Source: a virus
Strand: one strand, 5' to 3'
Length of the DNA stretch: 64,000 bases
Virus record (IMG/VR): IMGVR_UViG_3300037418_002743
Location: 1-64,000 of that record
The notes under the pieces are model-generated. The model was not told the origin of the DNA and ran no database searches. It saw only the letters and a program-made list of their open reading frames with translations. Both the position numbers and the translations under genes were made by a program. Shown here piece by piece: positions 1-8,029 of this stretch (position 1 is its first letter; the number at the start of each line of letters is the position of its first letter).

Positions 1-31
1 TTCGTGATGGGGGTGGGGGCCTGGGGGTGGG

Positions 32-63
32 GTGAGCCCGCGACCCGAAGGTCACGGGCTCAC
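32..63 (-). terminator. Hairpin after major capsid gene
   Basis: Inverted repeat gtgagcccg-cgacc/ggtca-cgggctcac just downstream of the MCP stop. Confidence 0.5.
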
Positions 64-78
64 CCGATCCGCCTCAGA

Positions 79-1476
79 TCAGGCAGAGAGAGCCGCGAGG
101 ACGTTCCGCAGGCGGCCGACGAACTTCGGCGCGCGGAGGGCCAGCGTGGTGTCCGTCGCGAGCGCGAAGGGCAGCTGGTCCGGCGACTGGGTCGTCGGGT
201 AGATCGTCAGCGGGGTGATGTCGCGGACGTAGGGCCGGAGCAGGATGTCCGGGTCCCGCGGGATCAGCCAGACGTCCTCGGTCTGCGCCGAGGCGGTGCC
301 GAGGCGCGGCTTCATCGAGGACGAGCCGCCGGTGTAGGCCGCGAGCGGGTTCGGGTTGGCGGTGCTGCCGGTCTGCTGCACCAGGGCCGCGCCGGTGTCC
401 ACGATCTGCGTCGCGTAGATCGGGGTGATGCCGTCACCGGTGGTGGTGACGACCGCGTCGACGACGCCCAGGAGGGTCTCCTGACCCGCGGAGGTGCCGC
501 GGTAGACGCGGTAGGACAGCGGCGCGCCGCCGTCGACACCCGAGGGCACCGAGAACGAGAGGGTGACCTGCGAGGTCGAGCCGGTGAGGGCACCGGAGTT
601 GACCTCGACCGACGCCTTGCCGATGCCGGCGCGGGCGATCACGGGCTCGATCACGTAGTAGTAGGTGCCCGCGGCCAGGGAGCCGCCAGTGCCGGAGGTG
701 GTCACGGTGACCGTCGGCATCTGCACCGACAGGCGCGAGGACAGGAACGAGGACTTGACCAGCGGGATGTCCCGGTAGGTCGAGACGTTCAGGCCGGCGG
801 CGATCTCGGTCTGGCCGAGGAAGCGCTGCAGGGGCGTCTCGAGCTGGACGATCTTGCCGATCGCCGTCGGGCTCATCACGAACATCCACTGGTCGTTCCA
901 CACCGGCTGCGCGGCGTTGGTCTCGACCATGTCGATGACCTGGTCGAGGTAGCCCAGGGAGAGGGCCGCCCCGCCGGCGTCGATCGCGTTCTGCGCGTTG
1001 TTCCCCGAGGTGGTGAACTGGTTCACCATCGTGTCGAGGCCGTCGAACTGCGGCCACGGGCCCGCCGCGGTCGCGGCGGCGTTGCCCCACAGCATCGCCA
1101 TCTCGATGTCCCAGAGAAGGCCCTGCATGGTCGACGCGATCTCCTGCGCGCGCAGGTCGCCGATCTGGTCCCGGGTGACCTCCTGGGCGTACCCGGTCAC
1201 ACCACCGACAGCCTGCAGCTGCTTGATGGTGAAGTTGAACTGCTCGTAGAGCGAGTTCCCCATCGGCCGCGCGCCGCCGTCGGTGACGAAGCCACCGGGG
1301 GCGCGGTTGGTGCGGCGGTTGAAGTAGTAGACCGTCGACGAGATCTTCTTCGTCGGGGTCACCCGCAGCAGCGGGGAGTAGCGCCGCTGGTACTCCAGCA
1401 GCAGGGGGTCGATGACCTTCTGGATCAGAGGCGCAACACCGGCAGCGGTGAGGGCCTCCTGCAGCTCGGCAGCCAT
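79..1476 (-). CDS. Major capsid protein (HK97-like) with inserted beta-sandwich domain
   Basis: Follows protease/scaffold; RBS GAAGGAG; motifs IDPLLLEYQRRYSPL, EMAMLWGN, FDGLDT, TYRDIPLV and C-terminal LALRAPKF typical of actinophage capsids. Confidence 0.85.
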   Translation of the reverse strand: MAAELQEALTAAGVAPLIQKVIDPLLLEYQRRYSPLLRVTPTKKISSTVYYFNRRTNRAPGGFVTDGGARPMGNSLYEQFNFTIKQLQAVGGVTGYAQEVTRDQIGDLRAQEIASTMQGLLWDIEMAMLWGNAAATAAGPWPQFDGLDTMVNQFTTSGNNAQNAIDAGGAALSLGYLDQVIDMVETNAAQPVWNDQWMFVMSPTAIGKIVQLETPLQRFLGQTEIAAGLNVSTYRDIPLVKSSFLSSRLSVQMPTVTVTTSGTGGSLAAGTYYYVIEPVIARAGIGKASVEVNSGALTGSTSQVTLSFSVPSGVDGGAPLSYRVYRGTSAGQETLLGVVDAVVTTTGDGITPIYATQIVDTGAALVQQTGSTANPNPLAAYTGGSSSMKPRLGTASAQTEDVWLIPRDPDILLRPYVRDITPLTIYPTTQSPDQLPFALATDTTLALRAPKFVGRLRNVLAALSA

Positions 1477-1503
1477 CTAGGGCTCTCCTTCACGAGGGCA
1501 TGA

Positions 1504-1534
1504 GAAAGCCCCGGAGGCGATGCCGTCCGGGGCT
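1504..1534 (-). terminator. Intrinsic terminator-like hairpin between scaffold and MCP
   Basis: Minus strand agccccgga..tccggggct followed by TTCT. Confidence 0.45.
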
Positions 1535-1613
1535 ACGGGTGATCGAGGTGTGACGGTGTTGCGGGGAGAACCGGCCTGACTGCCAGGTGATCAGCCGGTC
1601 ATTCGCGGGGGGC

Positions 1614-2237
1614 TCAGGCGCCGGGGTTGCCCAGGACCTGGTCCCAGATCTGCGCCGCGGCCTTGTTCAGGTCGACCGGGGACAGGGAGTGCAGCGGCTT
1701 CTCGGGGTTCTCCGCGCGCTGCGCGGCCTCGACGAGGCCCTTGCGGGAGGGCGGGCCGTAGGCCTCGAGCATCTCGTTCCGGACCTTCTCCAGGCCGGAC
1801 TCGACGGCGGACTGCAGGGCCGCGGCGATCGCCTCGGCGGTCGGGGTCGCGGCGGGAGCCGGCGCGGCCTCCGCGGCGGGCTCCGGCGCCTTCTCGACGG
1901 CCGGGGTCGCGGTGGCCGGGGCCGACTCGACCGGAGCGGCCTTCGCGCCGAGGGTGGCCATCAGCTGCGCGAACTGGTCGGCGGTGAAGGACACGACGCC
2001 GGCGGCCGGGGCCGGGGTCTCCTCGGTCTCCTCCGCCTTCGGGGCCTCCGGCTCGGCCGGGGTCTCGGCCGGAGCCGCGGGGGCCTCGGTCTCCTCCGCC
2101 TTGGGCGCCTCGGGGGCGTCCTCGGCCGGGGCCGCCTCGACGGCCGGGGCGGCGGTCTCGACGGCGGGCAGGCCGAGCAGCTTGCGCGCCGCGGCGGCCG
2201 CCTCCTCCGCCAGGGTGTCGACCGTCTGGTCGCTCAT
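1614..2237 (-). CDS. Probable nested in-frame scaffolding protein
   Basis: Strong internal RBS AAAGGAGAACCAG-ATG (MSDQTVDT...) in frame with the protease. Confidence 0.6.
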   Translation of the reverse strand: MSDQTVDTLAEEAAAAARKLLGLPAVETAAPAVEAAPAEDAPEAPKAEETEAPAAPAETPAEPEAPKAEETEETPAPAAGVVSFTADQFAQLMATLGAKAAPVESAPATATPAVEKAPEPAAEAAPAPAATPTAEAIAAALQSAVESGLEKVRNEMLEAYGPPSRKGLVEAAQRAENPEKPLHSLSPVDLNKAAAQIWDQVLGNPGA

Positions 2238-3227
2238 CTGGTTCTCCTTTGCGGTGTCAGCGGCGGGCGCCGCTTCCTCGGCGTCGTCCTCGGCGAGGGC
2301 GACGCCGCAGGCCGGGCAGAACTTCGCGGCGTCGGGGCAGAGGGCCCCGCATGCGCCACAGGTCACGGCCTCGACGTCTCCGCCCGGGAGGTCGAGGTCG
2401 TCGTCGTTGTCGGGGTCGAGGACCCGCAGGGCGGCGGTGTAGGCCGCGCCGAGCTGGGTCGCGGCCGCCGCGACGTCGTCGTTGCTGAGTCCCCAGGCGG
2501 AGAGATCCACGTCGACGGGGCCCTGCCAGCCGCCGATGGCGACCCGGGCCTCCTTGATCGCGGCGAGCACGGGGGCGAGCGGGTGCTCGCTCTCGGCGGC
2601 CTTCGCCTCCGCGGCGGGGCTGCCGGGCTTCGGGGGCACGGCCGCCGGGGACGGCGTGCTCGTGCTGTAGACGACCGGACGGTCGCTCATAAGGTTGACC
2701 TCCACGGACTCGGTGATCGGGGAGCGCGCCCCGGCGGACTCGGCGGCGGTCCGAGTCGCCGAGGTGAGGCGCGCTGCGCTCACGCCGGGGGTCTTGGTGA
2801 AGTCGATGCCGTCGATCTCGAGGTCATCGGCGGTCGTGCAGGACCGGCCGTCTACCTCGACCGTGCGGACGGGGCCGAGCCACCAGCCGCGGAGGGAGAC
2901 GGAGTCGAGGGTGCGGCGCCCGTCGGGGCCGGGGTCGGTCGCCGCGGCGATGTTCCGCCCGGCGGCGGTGTCGATCAGGTAGCCCGACCAGGTCGCCTCG
3001 TGCGTGCCGGCGTCCAGGGAGACGGCGGTGATCCGGCCGGCGATCTCGTTGGAGTCGTCACCGGCGTCGTGGTGGCTCAGCATCGTGATCGGGAGCCCGT
3101 CCGGGTCGGCGAGGCGGCTCTGCATCCGCTCGACGGCCCGCTCGATCAGCTCCGCGGTGTAGAGCCGGTTGTTCGCGGAGATACCGGGCACCAGGAAGGT
3201 TCCGTCCAGAGTGCCGATTACGGCCAT
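1614..3227 (-). CDS. Capsid maturation protease / scaffold fusion
   Basis: Likely start MAVIGTLDG at 3227; PGISANNRLY, His in MLSHH, SVSLRG and IDFTKTPGV protease-like motifs; CxxC..CxxC zinc ribbon; Ala/Glu/Pro-rich C-terminus; directly upstream of MCP. Confidence 0.8.
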   Translation of the reverse strand: MAVIGTLDGTFLVPGISANNRLYTAELIERAVERMQSRLADPDGLPITMLSHHDAGDDSNEIAGRITAVSLDAGTHEATWSGYLIDTAAGRNIAAATDPGPDGRRTLDSVSLRGWWLGPVRTVEVDGRSCTTADDLEIDGIDFTKTPGVSAARLTSATRTAAESAGARSPITESVEVNLMSDRPVVYSTSTPSPAAVPPKPGSPAAEAKAAESEHPLAPVLAAIKEARVAIGGWQGPVDVDLSAWGLSNDDVAAAATQLGAAYTAALRVLDPDNDDDLDLPGGDVEAVTCGACGALCPDAAKFCPACGVALAEDDAEEAAPAADTAKENQMSDQTVDTLAEEAAAAARKLLGLPAVETAAPAVEAAPAEDAPEAPKAEETEAPAAPAETPAEPEAPKAEETEETPAPAAGVVSFTADQFAQLMATLGAKAAPVESAPATATPAVEKAPEPAAEAAPAPAATPTAEAIAAALQSAVESGLEKVRNEMLEAYGPPSRKGLVEAAQRAENPEKPLHSLSPVDLNKAAAQIWDQVLGNPGA

Positions 3228-3330
3228 ATCGACCCCCTGTTTTCGCAGGTCAGTAACGGTCCCGATAGGACACGCGGTAAGAGGTGTGCTCGGACACCGC
3301 GCAGGGCGGTGGAGTGGAGAGGCGGGAACC

Positions 3331-3705
3331 GTGAAGCGCGGAGCGAAGATCGCGATCGGTGTCGGAGGCGGCCTGGTCGCCCTGTTCGTCGTCGCCGGGA
3401 TCGCAGGAGGCGGCGGGAGCACGCCGGCGGCGGAGGGGTCCGCCGGCAGCTCGACCGACGTCGCCGAGGCGACCTGGACCGACGGAGCCTGGCCGCTCAC
3501 CGTCCCGTCGGGGACGCTGGCCTGCACCGGAGGCGACGACGAGGTGACCTTCGCGGCCGCCGGCACCACCTACGGCGTGAACGGCACCGCGATCAGCCAC
3601 GGCCTCCCGCCGATCGACCCGATCTGGAAGACGGCCGCCGGGCCGGGGCCGCGCGCCGACCTCGGCCCGCTCATCCAGGACGGCATCAAGCTCTGCCGGG
3701 CGTGA
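3331..3705 (+). CDS. Exported DUF2511/YebY-like protein
   Basis: GTG start; N-terminal TM helix; WPLTVPSGTLAC...YGVNGTA...IDPIW...DLGPLIQDGIKLC pattern. Confidence 0.7.
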   Translation: MKRGAKIAIGVGGGLVALFVVAGIAGGGGSTPAAEGSAGSSTDVAEATWTDGAWPLTVPSGTLACTGGDDEVTFAAAGTTYGVNGTAISHGLPPIDPIWKTAAGPGPRADLGPLIQDGIKLCRA

Positions 3706-3706
3706 C

Positions 3707-4555
3707 CTACGGGGCGGAGGCTCCCGCCATCACGAAGCACCGGCAGCCGCCGTGCGGGGTCGCCGGCAGCTCGGAGCGGGTGTACGGGGACGCCGCCTCG
3801 TAGTCGAGGCAGGTCTTGCAGGTGCGTGAGTCGCCGATCGCGCACCACCAGAGGTCGGCGAAGCCCATCTCGAGGTAGAGCGCGGTCGTGGCGCCGAGGT
3901 AGGCGTCGGAGACCTGGACGTCGAGGTAGTAGAGCGCGCCGCCGCCGTCGTCGACGATCCGCGCGAGGTCCTCGGCGGTCAGCCCGATGTCCTCCAGCCC
4001 GGAGACGCCCGGGACGGCGGGGGCGAGGAGGTCCGGCTCGGTGTCGACGGCCGCGGCCTGCGCGGCGGCGGTCTTCTCCGCGCGGGCGACCGCGTCGACG
4101 ATGTCCCCGGCGAGGCCGGCGCGCTGCTGGGCGACCCAGGGCTCGGCGTCGAAGGGGTTCGGGAGCCAGGCGCCGGCCTCGGGCTCCGCCGGGATGTGCC
4201 CGGCGGAGAGCACGTGCGCGGCCGCGGCGGTCCCGGCGAGGATCGCCGCGGTGTGCGCGTCCCGGGCGACGTCGTGCCAGTTGGTGTCGAGGTCGAGGAC
4301 CCGGGCCTGCCGCTGCAGCTCCGCGGCGACCGCGGCCCGGCGGGCGTCGCGGCTCGCCTCGGGGTCGATCACCGCGTAGAGCGCGTGGGCGTCGATCCCG
4401 GAGGCGAGGAGCGCGAGGAGCGCGGCGAGCGCGGCGGCCGCGTCGTCGTGCGTGCGGTCGCGCTGCCGGTGCAGCTGCTTGAGCGCGGCCGCCGCCATCG
4501 CGGCGATCTCGGCGTCGGTGAGCTCGTCCTCATCGGGGGCGTCGTCGTCGGCCAT
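3707..4555 (-). CDS. MuF-like minor head / head morphogenesis protein
   Basis: C-terminal WCAIGDSRTCKTC...PATPHGGCRC motif; lies between portal and protease. Confidence 0.75.
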   Translation of the reverse strand: MADDDAPDEDELTDAEIAAMAAAALKQLHRQRDRTHDDAAAALAALLALLASGIDAHALYAVIDPEASRDARRAAVAAELQRQARVLDLDTNWHDVARDAHTAAILAGTAAAAHVLSAGHIPAEPEAGAWLPNPFDAEPWVAQQRAGLAGDIVDAVARAEKTAAAQAAAVDTEPDLLAPAVPGVSGLEDIGLTAEDLARIVDDGGGALYYLDVQVSDAYLGATTALYLEMGFADLWWCAIGDSRTCKTCLDYEAASPYTRSELPATPHGGCRCFVMAGASAP

Positions 4556-4571
4556 GCCGCCCCCTCCGCGA

Positions 4572-5000
4572 TCAGTCCTTCTTCGCCGCGGGCCGGCGTC
4601 GAGCCGGGGCCTTCCGGGCGGCGGGCTTCACGAGCTCGACGACCGGCGCCGGCGCGGGCTCCGGCTCCGGGGCCGGCGCGGCGACGCGCGGCTTGCGGAC
4701 CGGCTTCGGCTTCGGGGCGACCGCCTCGAGCGCGGCCTTGACGTGCACGTCGACCTGCTCGCGGATCGCGACGGAGAGGTGCTCGGCGTGCGTGATCTGC
4801 TGCGAGGCGTTCCAGGTCTCCAGCTTGCCGCGCAGCTCGGTGGTCACCCGGTTGACGACGGCGTCGAGGAGCTGGGCCTCGTGGTCGTCGATCCGGGGGG
4901 CGAGGTGGGCGCGCAGCCAGCGCGCGTGTCCGATCGCGATCACGACGAACAGGACGACGACCGTCGCGGCGACGATGATCAGGTGGACAGGGGTGATCAC
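4572..5000 (-). CDS. Hypothetical membrane-anchored protein
   Basis: N-terminal hydrophobic helix, RBS GGAG, Lys/Pro-rich tail. Confidence 0.6.
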   Translation of the reverse strand: MITPVHLIIVAATVVVLFVVIAIGHARWLRAHLAPRIDDHEAQLLDAVVNRVTTELRGKLETWNASQQITHAEHLSVAIREQVDVHVKAALEAVAPKPKPVRKPRVAAPAPEPEPAPAPVVELVKPAARKAPARRRPAAKKD

Positions 5001-5024
5001 CAGGGGCTCCAGGGAGGGAAGGGG

Positions 5025-5180
5025 TCAGTAGACGTGCTTCTGGATGAGCGCGACTGCGCGGGCGGCGTCCAGCGGCCCAGGCCCCGGTTCGGGAGCCTGG
5101 ACCGCTGGGGCCGGAGCGACGTCGCCGGGCTCGAACTCGACCTTGAAGAGGCGGTCGTAGTCGGACTCGGCGGCGGGCAT
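5025..5180 (-). CDS. Small hypothetical protein (51 aa, MPAAESDY...)
   Basis: ATG overlaps the upstream stop; fills an operon gap; below the ORF-track cutoff. Confidence 0.5.
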   Translation of the reverse strand: MPAAESDYDRLFKVEFEPGDVAPAPAVQAPEPGPGPLDAARAVALIQKHVY

Positions 5181-5992
5181 CAGCTACCCGCGGGCGCCGA
5201 GGGGTCGACGGTCGCGTCCGCGGCCGGAGCGTCGGCCGGGGCGGTGACGTCCGCGGAGGCGTCGACGGTGCCACCGTCGACCGGGGCGTCGGCGACCGGA
5301 GCGTCCGCGACGGGGGCGTCGGCCACAGGGACGTCGGCCACCGGGGCGTCGACCGGAGCGGCCGGAGCCGCGTCGACCGGGGCGTCGACCGGGGCGTCCG
5401 CGACCGGGGCCGCAGGAGCGTCCACGGGGTCCGGAGCCGGGTCAGCCGGAGCCTCCGGAGCGGCCGGGGCGTCGACGCCGGCAGCGGCGTCCACAGGGGC
5501 CGAGACGGGGGCGTCCGCGACGGGCGCGGCGGGGGCCTCGTCCACCGGGGCGGCCGGGGCGTCCGCGACCGGGGCGGCCGGCGCCTCGGCGGGGGCGTCG
5601 GCGGCGGAGGCCTTCACGTCGGCGAGGGCGCCCTGCAGCGCACCGGCGACCGCGGCCAGGCGGTCGTGCGAGGCGTCGAGGGCGGCCTTCTCCGCGCCGA
5701 ACGCGGCGACCGCGGCGTCGTCCGCGGCGACCTTCGCGGTCAGGGCGTCGAGGGCGGCCTTCTGGGTGTGGAGCTCGGCGACCACATCCGCGGCCACCTG
5801 CTCGACGGTGCTCAGGTCATCGGCGAGTGCCATGACGTACTCCATCCTGTTCTCGATCCGGCCCACGCGCTCCGCGAGGCCGAGGACGACCGCGGCGGAC
5901 ACGGGGGCCCACTCGACGGCCGGGGGGATCACGACTTCCTCGAACCGGACCCGGTGCAGGTCGTCGAACGAGGAGTCCTCGGGGTAGGTCAT
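5180..5992 (-). CDS. Acidic coiled-coil protein with PVADA/PVDA repeats
   Basis: ATGA overlap with portal stop; second in-frame ATG with RBS at 5833; low-complexity repeat tail. Confidence 0.65.
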   Translation of the reverse strand: MTYPEDSSFDDLHRVRFEEVVIPPAVEWAPVSAAVVLGLAERVGRIENRMEYVMALADDLSTVEQVAADVVAELHTQKAALDALTAKVAADDAAVAAFGAEKAALDASHDRLAAVAGALQGALADVKASAADAPAEAPAAPVADAPAAPVDEAPAAPVADAPVSAPVDAAAGVDAPAAPEAPADPAPDPVDAPAAPVADAPVDAPVDAAPAAPVDAPVADVPVADAPVADAPVADAPVDGGTVDASADVTAPADAPAADATVDPSAPAGS

Positions 5993-7641
5993 GCGGCCTC
6001 TCCGTCGTCGTCCTGCAGCAGGCGCCGGCGGTAGACCTCGAGCACCCGGGAGCGCCAGAGGGACTCCGCCTGCTGCTCGGTCTTGTCGTCCGGTCCGCCC
6101 TTGCCGGCCTTGCCCTTCGGCGGGGCCGGGGGCTCCTCGCCGGGCTTCTCGCCCGGCTTCTCCTCGCCGGGCTTCTGGTCCTCCGGCTGCTCACCGGGGG
6201 CCGGCGGCGGGGCCGCGGGCTTCGGCTTGAGCGCGTCGATCTTCGCTGTCGACAGGTCCGCGATCTGCGACCAGAGCACGATGTTCTGGCGGTCGACGAG
6301 GACGTGGACGTCGCCCTCCGGCCCGGCCGGCGGCTTGTCGATGTCGATCAGGTAGTCGTTGAGCGTCCAGGAGCCGTTGCGGAGCCGCATGTCCCGGATC
6401 TGCTCGACGACCTCGTCGTCGCGCCAGTCGACGACCTCGAACTTGATCTCCCAGTCCTCGATGCCGAAGGCCTCGCGGGTGAGGTGGAAGTTCAGCTTCT
6501 CCAGCACGATCGAGGCGATCGGGCCGCACGTGTTGACCCGGAACGTCTTGTCCTGGCTCGTGCCGGTGCCGCCGCCCAGGTTGCCGGACTCGATCACCCC
6601 GACCTTCGACGGCGGCACGCCGGCGACGGAGAGGATCGTGTCCCGGCACTTGTCCTGGATCGCCAGGTAGTCGGCGAGCTTCCCGAGCTGCAGCTCGGTC
6701 GGCTTGACTCCGCCGCGCGTCGTGATCGGGGTGCCGATGTTCGCGGTCCCGATGTTCTGCACCGCGTAGCGGCCGCGCCAGGCCCGGACCTCATCGGGCT
6801 GGACCTCGAGCGGGAAGTCCATGTGGAGGTGCGGCGGGTCGCCCTTCCGCATCGTCTCCTTGAGCGTGGCCGCGGTGAACAGCCAGATGGTCACCGGGAG
6901 CATCGCCTTCTGCGCGATGCCCATCCCGTAGAGCTGCCCCTTCGGGGCGTCCATCGAGATGTGGATGACCTCGTGCGGGTCGAACGTCGCCTCGCGGGCG
7001 TCGACGACCTGCGTGTAGCCGGTGATGACGCCGTGCTCGTCGGCGTTGACCACGATCGAGGCGGGGTCGAGCGGGTAGAGCGCGACCGGGCGGCCGAGGA
7101 GCCACACGACCTCGATGAAGGCGTCCCCGTAGACGCAGAGGTCCACCACCGCTCCGCGGAGGAGCTGGATGATGTCCATCGTCGGGTTGCAGTAGTCGAG
7201 CAGCGACTGCAGGGCCTGCACCGACGGAGGCGGGAGCGGGGAGCCGTCCGCGGCCTTCCCGGGCCGCTTCGCCGCGTTCTTCCCGGCCTTCTTCTTCGCC
7301 CCGCCGTCGCGCTGCTTCTTCGGGTCGCGCTGGTCCTGGGGGTCGTCGGCCGGGTCGATCGAGTCGGCGACCGGCTCGACGCCGAGCCCGCCCGCGGTCA
7401 CGGTGCGGGCGATGACGTCGATCGGGGCGGCGAGCCAGGGGCATCCGACGTAGGCCTGGTAGAGCGCGGACATGTAGTCCTGGCGCCCGTCCGGGTAGTC
7501 CCCGCCGGGGTTGTTCTTGTTCGCCCCGCCCCAGGGCACGTCGGTGTCGAAGCCGGAGCGCGCGGGGAGCGTCGGCCGGGCGGCCGCGGAGTCGACCCGG
7601 GCCTCGTGGAGGTGCGTGATCTGGCCGGTCTCGATGAGCAT
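5989..7641 (-). CDS. Portal protein
   Basis: YGDAFIEV, LYPLDP, EVIHI, LYGMG and GVPPSKVG motifs; position after TerL. Confidence 0.92.
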   Translation of the reverse strand: MLIETGQITHLHEARVDSAAARPTLPARSGFDTDVPWGGANKNNPGGDYPDGRQDYMSALYQAYVGCPWLAAPIDVIARTVTAGGLGVEPVADSIDPADDPQDQRDPKKQRDGGAKKKAGKNAAKRPGKAADGSPLPPPSVQALQSLLDYCNPTMDIIQLLRGAVVDLCVYGDAFIEVVWLLGRPVALYPLDPASIVVNADEHGVITGYTQVVDAREATFDPHEVIHISMDAPKGQLYGMGIAQKAMLPVTIWLFTAATLKETMRKGDPPHLHMDFPLEVQPDEVRAWRGRYAVQNIGTANIGTPITTRGGVKPTELQLGKLADYLAIQDKCRDTILSVAGVPPSKVGVIESGNLGGGTGTSQDKTFRVNTCGPIASIVLEKLNFHLTREAFGIEDWEIKFEVVDWRDDEVVEQIRDMRLRNGSWTLNDYLIDIDKPPAGPEGDVHVLVDRQNIVLWSQIADLSTAKIDALKPKPAAPPPAPGEQPEDQKPGEEKPGEKPGEEPPAPPKGKAGKGGPDDKTEQQAESLWRSRVLEVYRRRLLQDDDGEAA

Positions 7642-7997
7642 CAGTCACCCCGCGGCTGGTCGGCGGTGACCCGCTGCAGGTAGAGCACCTTCGCGCGGTC
7701 GACGTAGATCTCGCCGGGCGCGGCCGCGGTCCAGGTCGAGGAGTCGGCGCGGCGGCGGACGTCGGCGAACACCAGCGTCTTCGGGTCCGCGTCGATGAAC
7801 AGCCCGTCGAAGACGCCGCCCTCGGTGAGGAAGACCAGGAGCCGGGAGCAGGCGATGTCGCGGAGCACACGATCCCGCTCCGTCACCGCGGCGGCGGCCT
7901 TCTCGAGGTCGGCGATGCGGCGGCGGGCGGCGGCGGCGTCACGGCGGGCGGCGTCACGCTCCGCCTCGATCTGCCGGCGCCGGTGGGAGAACAGCAT
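7641..7997 (-). CDS. Putative Sm/LSm-like RNA-binding protein
   Basis: LLVFLTEGGVFDGLFIDADPKTLVFADV...GEIYVDRAKVLYLQ resembles Sm1/Sm2 motifs; between TerL and portal. Confidence 0.5.
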   Translation of the reverse strand: MLFSHRRRQIEAERDAARRDAAAARRRIADLEKAAAAVTERDRVLRDIACSRLLVFLTEGGVFDGLFIDADPKTLVFADVRRRADSSTWTAAAPGEIYVDRAKVLYLQRVTADQPRGD

Positions 7998-8029
7998 CAG
8001 GGCCCCCTTCGGTCCGGGGTGGATGGGGG

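Noticed and set aside
1575-1600. CTGCCA within a hairpin upstream of the capsid gene
   Set aside because: It is on the plus (non-coding) strand and is not a clean hexaloop, so it was not counted with the leader motif.
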